Shown one piece after another: positions 56,376 through 64,000 of a stretch of 64,000 nucleotides of DNA. Position numbers and translations under genes: made by a program. The notes beneath the pieces were generated by a model. That model saw only the letters and a program-made list of their open reading frames with translations. It was not told the DNA's origin and did no database searches. Position 1 is the stretch's first letter; every line of letters begins with the position of its first letter. Source of the stretch: Candidatus Omnitrophota bacterium (GTDB lineage Bacteria; Omnitrophota; Gorgyraeia; Zapsychrales; Fredricksoniimonadaceae); NCBI GenBank assembly GCA_015233675.1, contig JADFXH010000009.1:22339-86338 (forward strand). The letters run 5' to 3'.

Positions 56376-57035
56376 TTAAACCATTCTGATAAGTTGTTGG
56401 ACGAGCTTTTCTATTCCCTCGCTGATTTCACTAATACGAGCATCAAGCATATAACAAGGCGTTGTTACAATTTTATTATCATGATCAATCACAATACTGC
56501 GGGCATCGGTATTGACGGTCTTGGCTCCTGATTTTTGAAAAATGGCGTTTATCTTTTCATCTTTACCAAAGGTCACGCTCACCTCTTTCAATACCTGAGC
56601 AATGATTACCGGAGATATGCACAAGGCGCCAATAGGTTTGCCAGCCTCATGCATGGCACGTACACTGGCCTCCACTTGTGGCAAGACAGTCATTCTACCC
56701 CCATCAACGGCAAATGTACAAAGATTATATGCCACCCCGCTACCACCGGGAAAAATCAAAATGTCAAAATCCTGTTGGTCAAAATCAGATAATGGCTTTA
56801 TTTTACTGCGCGCAATCCGGGCGGATTCAAGAAGCACATTACGCTTTTCTTTCATTTCTTCGTTGGTCAAAAAATTAAGCACGCGGCCTTGCGGCACATC
56901 AGGAGCAAAGCACTGGTATTGATGGCCTGTCCTGTCAATGCTCAATAGCGTTAAAACAGATTCATGAATCTCGGAACCGTCCTTATTGCCACAGCCGGCT
57001 AAAATGACTGCCAAACGTAAAACTTTCTGACTCAT
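56376..57035 (-). CDS. elbB: DJ-1/PfpI-family ElbB-like protein
   Basis: 219 aa. LAVILAGCGNKDGSEIHESVLTLL...CFAPD closely follows the ElbB N-terminal pattern. Confidence 0.8.
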   Translation of the reverse strand: MSQKVLRLAVILAGCGNKDGSEIHESVLTLLSIDRTGHQYQCFAPDVPQGRVLNFLTNEEMKEKRNVLLESARIARSKIKPLSDFDQQDFDILIFPGGSGVAYNLCTFAVDGGRMTVLPQVEASVRAMHEAGKPIGALCISPVIIAQVLKEVSVTFGKDEKINAIFQKSGAKTVNTDARSIVIDHDNKIVTTPCYMLDARISEISEGIEKLVQQLIRMV

Positions 57036-57039
57036 TGTT

Positions 57040-57318
57040 CTACTCCCTCCAAAAATATAACGCGGCAGTCAGGGCAATACCGGTGATAAAGAATACTATG
57101 GTATTAGGAATAAAATACGGGTAAACCATGAGCGCAATGCCTATCACCATCGGACGCCAGCATTTTTCTTTTTTCCCATAAGCGAAAGCACACATGCCGA
57201 TAATACCAAAAATAATGCCCCCCAAAATATTCCACCAATTAAATCCCCCGCCGCCGCTGATAGGATTGGACACGCCGTAAGATTGAAGGATACTGTTTAA
57301 CGCATGTTCATCAGGCAT
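57040..57318 (-). CDS. small membrane protein, unknown function
   Basis: Gly-rich segment then two to three hydrophobic helices. The likely start is MPDEHALN (57318), which avoids overlap with the upstream gene. Confidence 0.5.
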   Translation of the reverse strand: MPDEHALNSILQSYGVSNPISGGGGFNWWNILGGIIFGIIGMCAFAYGKKEKCWRPMVIGIALMVYPYFIPNTIVFFITGIALTAALYFWRE

Positions 57319-57323
57319 TGGTT

Positions 57324-57974
57324 TTACTCCAGAATAATAACCGGTTGATTTTGTTGGCACAACCAATGTAAAATTCTACGCAGACACCTTTGATTAAGAG
57401 CCACACATCCCGCCGTTGGACTATTGTACCTGCGCCAAACATGCATAAAAATGGCGCTTCCAGCTCCGATTATAACCGGATGTGTATTATACCCGATGAC
57501 AATTCCGTATTGATAAAGATTATCCAAACGCTTCATCTTTTCAAAAGAACCGGCAGCAGGTTTCCCAACAACCCACTGATTATATCGCAAGGACCGCACA
57601 TCATCCACCCAAAAATCATTATCCGTAACCTGACGATATAAAAGCCCTGTATTTATCCGGGACGCGTAACCAAACGCAGGCCCCAATAGATATATGCCTG
57701 ATGGCGTTTTGCCATCCCCTTCTTTTTTCTCACCCGGTAAAGCCAAGCCATTTCTGCCGATCACGGCGCTAACAAAATATTTACGATACCAAATATTGCC
57801 TTGCTTTTGCCATGCACTTAAAAACGCTTGGCCGGGAACTTTCATCGCAGGAGAAACAAGAATAGCCTGACGAATAGACCCATCGAGTCCTTGCAGTACT
57901 TTTGGGGTAATGACACAGCAGCCAGATAGAGCCAGCAAACTAAACAAAAGCATAAGACTAAAATACCGAGTCAT
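57324..57974 (-). CDS. L,D-transpeptidase (YkuD-family) lipoprotein
   Basis: Lipobox LLALSGC and the catalytic HVWRRYNSPTAGCVAL (His...Cys) motif. The likely start is MTRYFSL (57974). Confidence 0.75.
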   Translation of the reverse strand: MTRYFSLMLLFSLLALSGCCVITPKVLQGLDGSIRQAILVSPAMKVPGQAFLSAWQKQGNIWYRKYFVSAVIGRNGLALPGEKKEGDGKTPSGIYLLGPAFGYASRINTGLLYRQVTDNDFWVDDVRSLRYNQWVVGKPAAGSFEKMKRLDNLYQYGIVIGYNTHPVIIGAGSAIFMHVWRRYNSPTAGCVALNQRCLRRILHWLCQQNQPVIILE

Positions 57975-58016
57975 ATGTTTATTGCTTCGAGTCAAAAGCA
58001 AGGGGCATACCGTAGC

Positions 58017-59261
58017 TCAGGGCCTTGAAGGTTGTTCATAATTCGACATCCAATTTTTACCGCCCAAGATGCGGGCAACCAGCATGCTACTCACATTGTC
58101 TCCAATTGCGTTAACCATAGTAGCGGGAGGATCTACAAGAGTGCCTATCATTGAAATGATGGGCATGGCTATGATCGGGAAACCATAAAGAGTAACAATC
58201 ATCAATTCACCCAAAAACCCGCCCGCAGGGATCCCGCTCATAACCGTACCGCTCAAAAGAGCGACCCCGACGGCAGTAACCATGGCCCATGGGGATGAGA
58301 AATTCATATGAAATAATCCAAACAGCACGGCAGTTTTAAGAACGGCGGAAAGACAAGAGCCGTCCATATGAATCGTTGAACCAATAGGAATAACCATCTC
58401 GCGGATATCCTGAGGAACGCCTATACGTTCGGCCGCTTCTAAATTCACCGGAATGGTGGCCATACTGCTGCTTGTCGCAAGAGCTGTCAATGCCGCGGGC
58501 ATAATATTGGGCCAAAAAACCTTTAACCCCTTTTTACCCGAGGCTAAAAATACATAAAAAGAAAAACCGATAAAGAAGTACGCAATAGCTATCGGATAAT
58601 AAATCGTCATAGCACGCACATAGGTGCCAAGCAATTGCGGCCCAAGTACCCCGATCAAATAGGCAAAATACGCCCCCAATCCAACAGGCGCGTAAAGCAT
58701 AATATAAGAAATAGCTTTCATCATCACCGCATTGCCGGACAATAAAAAAACGGTGAACGCTTTTGACTTTTCTCCAACGGAACAAGCACTAAGGCCTATC
58801 AGCGAAGCAAAAATGATCAAAGCTAACATGTTCTTTTTAGACAATAAACCAAAAAAATCAGAGACTGTAAAAGCTTTAACAATTTGGTCAGACACATTCA
58901 ATGGTTCAAAATGAATATCACCCGGCAAGGAGATGTTGATGCCTTGTGCAGGCGGGTAAATCTGTACCGCGATCAGCATAAGGACTGAGGCGATAACGCC
59001 GGAAACAATAAACACCACCATCATCCATAAAATGATCTTCCCAAGGCGTTGAATATTGTTCATGGAAGCCACAGCTGAGGAAATAGAAAAAAAGACCAGG
59101 GGAACAACAATAGTAAAAAGCAGATTAAGGAAAATATCGCCGAAAGGCTTGAAAACAACAGATTTTTCTTTAAAGATCAGCCCCAGCAGACAGCCAATAG
59201 AAATAGCGCCTAAAAGTTTCAAAGATGCGGCATTATGTTTTAAGAAATTCGATTGTCTCAT
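58017..59261 (-). CDS. dicarboxylate/amino acid:cation symporter (DAACS family)
   Basis: 414 aa polytopic protein with SSMATIPV and DGSCLSA-type hairpin motifs typical of GltP/SstT-like carriers. Confidence 0.85.
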   Translation of the reverse strand: MRQSNFLKHNAASLKLLGAISIGCLLGLIFKEKSVVFKPFGDIFLNLLFTIVVPLVFFSISSAVASMNNIQRLGKIILWMMVVFIVSGVIASVLMLIAVQIYPPAQGINISLPGDIHFEPLNVSDQIVKAFTVSDFFGLLSKKNMLALIIFASLIGLSACSVGEKSKAFTVFLLSGNAVMMKAISYIMLYAPVGLGAYFAYLIGVLGPQLLGTYVRAMTIYYPIAIAYFFIGFSFYVFLASGKKGLKVFWPNIMPAALTALATSSSMATIPVNLEAAERIGVPQDIREMVIPIGSTIHMDGSCLSAVLKTAVLFGLFHMNFSSPWAMVTAVGVALLSGTVMSGIPAGGFLGELMIVTLYGFPIIAMPIISMIGTLVDPPATMVNAIGDNVSSMLVARILGGKNWMSNYEQPSRP

Positions 59262-59297
59262 TAAAATAAAGTTTCAATAATGATGATATCAGAATTT

Positions 59298-59789
59298 TTA
59301 TAGCCATCCGGAAAAAACAAAAGCACAAATGCTCTTTGCGTCCACGAGTTTCCCCTGCGTCATGAGCCCTCGAATCTTAGATCTAGTCATAGGCATGGTT
59401 TCAATTACTTCATATTCTTCCGGCTGTCCTAAAGTCAAAGTCAATTGCTCAGCTTTGTAGATATGAATAACTTCCGTTGAATAACCGGGCACAGGATATA
59501 TGAAACCTAATTTAGTCAATTTTTGAGCTTTAAGGCCGGTTTCTTCTAGCAATTCCCGACGAGCGCAAACAGCCATGGATTCATGGGGGTCAAAAGTACC
59601 TGCAGGCAGTTCATATATGTACTTTTTTAATGCCGGACGGAATTGCCTCAACATGACAACGGTATCCTTGTTTAGAAACGGGACGATGATAACAGCTCCG
59701 GGATGATTAATAATAGTAATACGCGTGGTGCGGCCATTGGGAAGTTTAACCGCTTGATTGTGCCTGACATCAAGTTTGAGACGTGCCAT
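59298..59789 (-). CDS. NUDIX hydrolase (ADP-ribose pyrophosphatase-like)
   Basis: 163 aa. Nudix box GTFDPHESMAVCARRELLEETGL. Confidence 0.85.
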   Translation of the reverse strand: MARLKLDVRHNQAVKLPNGRTTRITIINHPGAVIIVPFLNKDTVVMLRQFRPALKKYIYELPAGTFDPHESMAVCARRELLEETGLKAQKLTKLGFIYPVPGYSTEVIHIYKAEQLTLTLGQPEEYEVIETMPMTRSKIRGLMTQGKLVDAKSICAFVFSGWL

Positions 59790-59852
59790 ATTACGCCGCC
59801 GATTTTGTTTGGACCATGCTTGGTCGTTTAAAATTTCTTCAAACCATAGTAA

Positions 59853-61238
59853 TTATTGCTGAAGTTCTACAACGACCCACGAAGCATTGTCTAATGGGAA
59901 ATTAGCCAATGATGTTTTAGCGCTTGTGAGAATCCTTTGAGGATAGCCTAACAATTTCAAAGGAACCGTAATTGTAACATCATTAGGTCTCCTGCTCACA
60001 TGTACTACCTCCTGATCCAGACGTTTATTCTGATCATAAACGCTATAACTCAATACCCCCAAACGAACATTAATTTTAGGCATTTGAGCAAAAGCGATTT
60101 TACTGTTATATCCAAAAAAATAAATCGATGCCTCCACATCCTGTGCCAGGGGTTTGGAGAGGCCAATGGTGACAACCAAGTTTTCAGGCTCCCAACGCAA
60201 GGACTTCCAGTCGACACCAACAAAAGCCAAACGCTCCCGGTCATTTAATTCTTCAGGCAACTCCATTGTCGTCATAAGCTTCTTCTGTCCTGAAATAGCC
60301 GAAATATTCTCATTCAAATGCAATTTCAGCAGCGGAAAATCGCCAAAAAGTTCGTTGAATTTTACAAAAGACAAAAGATACTTGGGGCTGGAAAAATATT
60401 GGCTCTTATGTACCTGCAAAGCTTTTTTCTTGTTCTCTATTTGTAAAGCGCTTAAATGAAATTGTTTCCAGATTTCATGGCTTGCTAAAGCTTCGGGAGG
60501 CACAATGTCTTTTTCAGGATGAAAGCCTTTGGGTTTTGGCCATGTTAAATAATGAACGAGATAAGGATACAACTGGACAGCCTCCCCCATCCCGTCATCC
60601 CAAAGAGCTACGCGCAAATACAAATATAACGCCAAATGATCGCCGTTATGATCCGCCGGATGAGAAACAAAAATTTTGGTCGGTTTAAAATCTTTTAGAA
60701 TAGATTTCAGATCCTGAAGAATTTCTTCCCCCTTATACGGCGCGCCAAAACGATAGGCCCCTTTATAAGGGACAGATGTCACACGGGTCATAATACTTCT
60801 ATATGCCGGCCGCTGGTTCCAATGATAATACCAAATATTTAAAGTGCCAAAATCCGGATAGCCCAAAAATATCAAGCTATCCCCTGCCACCCCTAAAATA
60901 CGGTCAGCATTTATCGCTTCATCATGCCGCACTAATCCCATCGTTTCCACAGCACCAGGGAAAACCACCGGATGCTTTCTATAAAGAAGAAAAGACCATT
61001 GATTGCTGTCCCCGTAAGTAAGAAAAACTATTTTTAAAGGCAATTTCATGGCTGCGGCCTGCTGAATCACTCCGCCCGCACCTAACACTTCATCGTCCGG
61101 ATGAGGAGCAAGCACCAATATACGATCCGTCGGAGCAAGGGTCAAATTATTATTGATTGATTCTCCAGCGAGAGCTACAACGCTGAAAAAAACTAAAAAT
61201 ACGGCAGTGATATTAATGAGCCGAAATTGTTTTGACAT
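59853..61238 (-). CDS. PIG-L/LmbE-family deacetylase with signal peptide and a ~240-aa uncharacterised C-terminal domain
   Basis: LAPHPDDEVLGAGG PIG-L metal motif. The likely start is MSKQFRLINITAVFLVFF (61238). Confidence 0.75.
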   Translation of the reverse strand: MSKQFRLINITAVFLVFFSVVALAGESINNNLTLAPTDRILVLAPHPDDEVLGAGGVIQQAAAMKLPLKIVFLTYGDSNQWSFLLYRKHPVVFPGAVETMGLVRHDEAINADRILGVAGDSLIFLGYPDFGTLNIWYYHWNQRPAYRSIMTRVTSVPYKGAYRFGAPYKGEEILQDLKSILKDFKPTKIFVSHPADHNGDHLALYLYLRVALWDDGMGEAVQLYPYLVHYLTWPKPKGFHPEKDIVPPEALASHEIWKQFHLSALQIENKKKALQVHKSQYFSSPKYLLSFVKFNELFGDFPLLKLHLNENISAISGQKKLMTTMELPEELNDRERLAFVGVDWKSLRWEPENLVVTIGLSKPLAQDVEASIYFFGYNSKIAFAQMPKINVRLGVLSYSVYDQNKRLDQEVVHVSRRPNDVTITVPLKLLGYPQRILTSAKTSLANFPLDNASWVVVELQQ

Positions 61239-61872
61239 ATAACAGGGAATGATAATGTTCCTCCTTTCCATCACGAATCAGAACCATCGGATAACGCTCA
61301 CGGACTACAAAACCCAGAGCCTCAAAGAAACCGCCGGCTGATTTATTAGCGTCATGAACAGAAGCCGCTAATTCAGCAATGCCCAACCCAGCCGCACGTT
61401 CCGCTAATGTATTGACCAAATTATGTCCCAACTGCTGACCACGATAATCTCCCGCGATGCCGACATGCAAATGCCCTTGATGACTATGAAAAGACTTCTT
61501 GCGCCACACAAAGATCCTGCGCCAATTCTTTAATGCTCCACACAACAACTGACGGATTTCAGGCCTGAAAAAAAGGCCATGTTTAAAAGCTTTTATCAAC
61601 ATTGCCGGCAATAAAAGCCAAAACACTACTAGCCCATAACGGCGATTATCCATGCAGCCATTGATGTAACCGACTATGCGCTCATCACATAAAGCAACAA
61701 AAGTCGATTGAGGCTCATAATCCGTATAATACTTAGTCAGCAAATCCGCAGCTATTTCTCGATCGGGAAAAAAATTTTCAATAGGGGCTCCGCGATCCGC
61801 CACATCACAACAAAGTTTGCGCAAAGCGGCCCGGTCTTCTGACATGTAAGGCCTAATAATTATTTTATTCAT
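61213..61872 (-). CDS. GNAT-family N-acetyltransferase with a hydrophobic insertion
   Basis: 219 aa. The acetyl-CoA motif region is GIAGDYRGQQLGHNLV. An insert RYGLVVFWLLLPAMLIKAF lies between the N- and C-terminal GNAT halves. Confidence 0.7.
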   Translation of the reverse strand: MNKIIIRPYMSEDRAALRKLCCDVADRGAPIENFFPDREIAADLLTKYYTDYEPQSTFVALCDERIVGYINGCMDNRRYGLVVFWLLLPAMLIKAFKHGLFFRPEIRQLLCGALKNWRRIFVWRKKSFHSHQGHLHVGIAGDYRGQQLGHNLVNTLAERAAGLGIAELAASVHDANKSAGGFFEALGFVVRERYPMVLIRDGKEEHYHSLLYVKTISAH

Positions 61873-61997
61873 AAAAATTTATGAGAGAATAGTAAATGTT
61901 TATTTTTCGCCCGTCAAGGACTATTACGGTGCCATTGCAAGCCCTGCCAATTAAGTTGTGGCCACGCCTGTTAAGCCGCTCTGCCTCTTCGTTTGTC

Positions 61998-62660
61998 ATG
62001 GCACAATGCCTTTTTTTTCTCTTTTCCTCATTTGGCTGGGCAGATAGCAACCGGATCGATCGTATCCAAAAAACCAAAGAATCTATGGTCACCATCCGGA
62101 CAGAGCTGACCAGGACCATGCCAAAACCCCACCCGCGAACCGTTACTTATGAACGCACGGCTGCAGGGCTGGTCATTGACCCTTACGGTATTATTGTAAC
62201 GAATACGCACACAATTATCCATGCTCCTTTTATTTTTGTGCTTCTTAGAGACGGCACCAAACTTCCGGCAAAAATACTTTTCTCCTCTAAGAACTATGAT
62301 TTTAGTTTTCTGAAAATCCGGCCGCCCTATCCACTGCAAAGCGTTCAATGGGCAGATTCTTCCCTTGTCAAAATCGGAGACCATATTATTGCAGTCAGGA
62401 ATTCAGACTACAACGGCCAATCTATTATGTCGGCCCATATTAAACGCATCCTCAAGAGGCGACGATTTACAAATCATGACTTCCTGGAATTGGATATTGA
62501 TCTCACCCATGGCGACAGCGGCGGTCCTATCCTTGATGATCAGGGCAGGCTCCTGGGAATGATCATGGCCAAACGCCAGTCCATGCCCAACTCCAGCATA
62601 GCCATTGCTTCCAATAAAATCCGCCAGCAATATTTGCAATATAAGAAAAATATGCCATAA
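61998..62660 (+). CDS. secreted trypsin-like (S1/S1C) serine protease
   Basis: TNTH His context and GDSGGPILD Ser motif. The likely start is MAQCLFFLFSSFGWA (61998, signal peptide); the track start is 61896. Confidence 0.75.
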   Translation: MAQCLFFLFSSFGWADSNRIDRIQKTKESMVTIRTELTRTMPKPHPRTVTYERTAAGLVIDPYGIIVTNTHTIIHAPFIFVLLRDGTKLPAKILFSSKNYDFSFLKIRPPYPLQSVQWADSSLVKIGDHIIAVRNSDYNGQSIMSAHIKRILKRRRFTNHDFLELDIDLTHGDSGGPILDDQGRLLGMIMAKRQSMPNSSIAIASNKIRQQYLQYKKNMP

Positions 62661-62700
62661 TCCTCATGAGCACACGGACATAGAAGCATGCAACTCTAGT

Positions 62701-62940
62701 GCATGCATTATAAGGAATGATTTTGTTCTTTTCGCTCCTGAAAGTCATTTTCTTAACGCCAAAAATTCTTATGACGACTCGGTGGTCAAACAACTCGCTC
62801 TTTCTTTCTCTGGAAATAAAGAGCTCAAACATGTTTGACCATTTAAGCCTGAGGGCTTAAATGCCCTCGTCATCATAAGTTTTTTGGCTAAAAATGACAC
62901 AGTCGCTTCAAAGAACAAATTCATTCCTTATAATGCACGC
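62701..62940. repeat. type II ~240-nt Y-shaped palindrome
   Basis: The basal stem GCATGCATTATAAGGAATGA (62701-62720) pairs with TCATTCCTTATAATGCACGC (62921-62940). Two apical hairpins are present: TGGTCAAACA...TGTTTGACCA (62783-62841) and TTTAAGCC-TGAG-GGCTTAAA (62842-62861). Confidence 0.85.
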
Positions 62941-62982
62941 ATCATTAGATGAATTGTCTTTTTAGAAACACATTTAGGATGG

Positions 62983-63158
62983 CTGAACAGCTATTCTTAT
63001 TATGTATTCGGCACATTCTGGAATTTTTTCCCAAATGTCTGCAAGGCTTTACAGCTTGGGTGCCGCATATGCCTTATCGCGATAGCATCCAAGCTGTAAA
63101 CCGTAGCAGACGGGAAAAATATTCCCGTGCCGAATACATAATAAGAATAGCTGTTCAG
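62983..63158 (-). repeat. type I long-hairpin repeat, copy D (basal variant 2, apical variant 2, inverted relative to C)
   Basis: CTGAACAGCTATTCTTATTATGTATTCGGCAC...GTGCCGAATACATAATAAGAATAGCTGTTCAG. The apex is the reverse complement of copy C's apex. Confidence 0.9.
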
Positions 63159-63191
63159 ACTTCACGCGTTCCTGTAAGGAGAATAATTCAT

Positions 63192-64000
63192 TATGGACAA
63201 TAAATCTAAATTCTGGCCATGGGCGCTGGCTTGGCTTATTCTTGTTATTCTAAGCTGCTATATACGGCTTTATCCTCTTCGATCCCATATGTGGGACAAC
63301 GCCCACGAGCAGGCAACTCTTCTAGTTGTCTACAACATCAAACAGACCTTTCTTAAACAAATCTTGAGTCAATCCCCCACCATGCCCCCGGCTCTGGCCA
63401 ATCATCTGGCTGAAGAAAAACTCAATGAAACCATGCACACAGAACATCAAAGATTCATGGATGCGATTGACAGGGTCACCATAAGCTTGGCTAATCAGGC
63501 TAACACCTCTCATAGCGGCCCATCGCAGTTGTTCACCGGCACCCAAAGAATCTATCTCTTGGAATCCGATCCTTATGATTTTTATAATTTGACTGAAAAT
63601 ATCGTCAACAAAGGCCGTATCGCGGACATTATTAAAGGAAGCAAGTATTTTAATCCCTTAATGTGCGCCCCGTTTGGGAATTGGCAGCCTTTTACACTTC
63701 ATCCCTACTGGGGTTTTATGATTTACAAATTCCTGCAAATATTTGACCCTAACATTTCTTTAATGTCAGCGGTGGCCTATACACCGCTCTTTAGTTATCT
63801 TTTCATATTAATCGCCTTTTTATGGGTTTGCCGGCTGCTGAATTATCCCGTAATAGCCTCATTTATCGGTGCTTTATTTCTAATTATGGCACCTATTAAT
63901 TTAAAACGAGGATCTCTGGGATGGTTCCGCACTGATCCCTATAACATTTTATTTCCTTTATTGCTCTTAGGATGCCTTTTATTAGCTTTAAGGTCTACCT
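63192..64000 (+). CDS. polytopic membrane protein, possibly STT3/GT-C-like; 3' end runs off the window
   Basis: Absent from the ORF track (no stop in window). My translation is MDNKSKFWPWALAWLILVILSCYIRLYPL...LLESDPYDFYNLTENIV...FRTDPYNILFPLLLLG. It has one TM helix, a ~110-aa loop with an acidic DPYDFY motif, then several TM helices. The family call is tentative. Confidence 0.35.

Noticed and set aside
61865-62119. The 84-aa minus-strand ORF 61865..62119.
   Set aside because: It overlaps the GNAT start and the protease 5' region. It has no motif or RBS support and spans a divergent promoter region.
5346-63158. The repeated hairpins as a CRISPR-like array.
   Set aside because: Copies are kilobases apart, not regularly spaced, ~175 nt long and internally palindromic. 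There are no cas genes or spacer-like unique segments.

Overview
AT-rich bacterial chromosomal segment with about 68 genes, almost all on the minus strand. I saw no rRNA, tRNA or CRISPR by eye. Most of the content is core anabolism. It includes a DapL-type lysine cluster fused to a full arginine operon (argCJBD-F-G-H-lysA-dapF-dapA-dapB ... dapL), and rplM-rpsI and truA. Also present are asd-leuB, fabG-acpP-fabF, folE/SDR/folB, ispG and ispH with a ferredoxin, moaE and moaA, and murB. Further genes are Rrf2-sufBCDSU, an Nfu scaffold, leuCD-ilvD-aroC, a CusRS-like two-component pair, and several GT-C-type membrane glycosyltransferase-like proteins, two of them a tandem TMTC-like pair with TPR tails. 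Classical accessory content is small: a vapBC pair beside a decayed IS4-family insertion sequence. The most unusual material is non-coding. Nearly every large intergenic gap (5.3k, 11.1k, 20.7-21.1k, 42.5k, 53.3-53.7k, 62.7-63.2k) is filled with nested, modular long-hairpin repeats. These comprise six ~175-nt type I hairpins with exchangeable apical and basal modules, a ~240-nt Y-shaped type II palindrome, and a TGTCAAAA-ended element family with variable cargo. A nested 112-nt insert and several short REP-like hairpins are also present. Some of these supply codons or Shine-Dalgarno regions to neighbouring genes. I cannot assign them to a described repeat family from memory, and no cognate transposase lies in the window. 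Their function (selfish MITE/REPIN-like DNA versus structured RNA) is unresolved. Phylogenetic origin cannot be determined here; the gene content and short-repeat flavour suggest an uncultivated lineage, which is only an impression.
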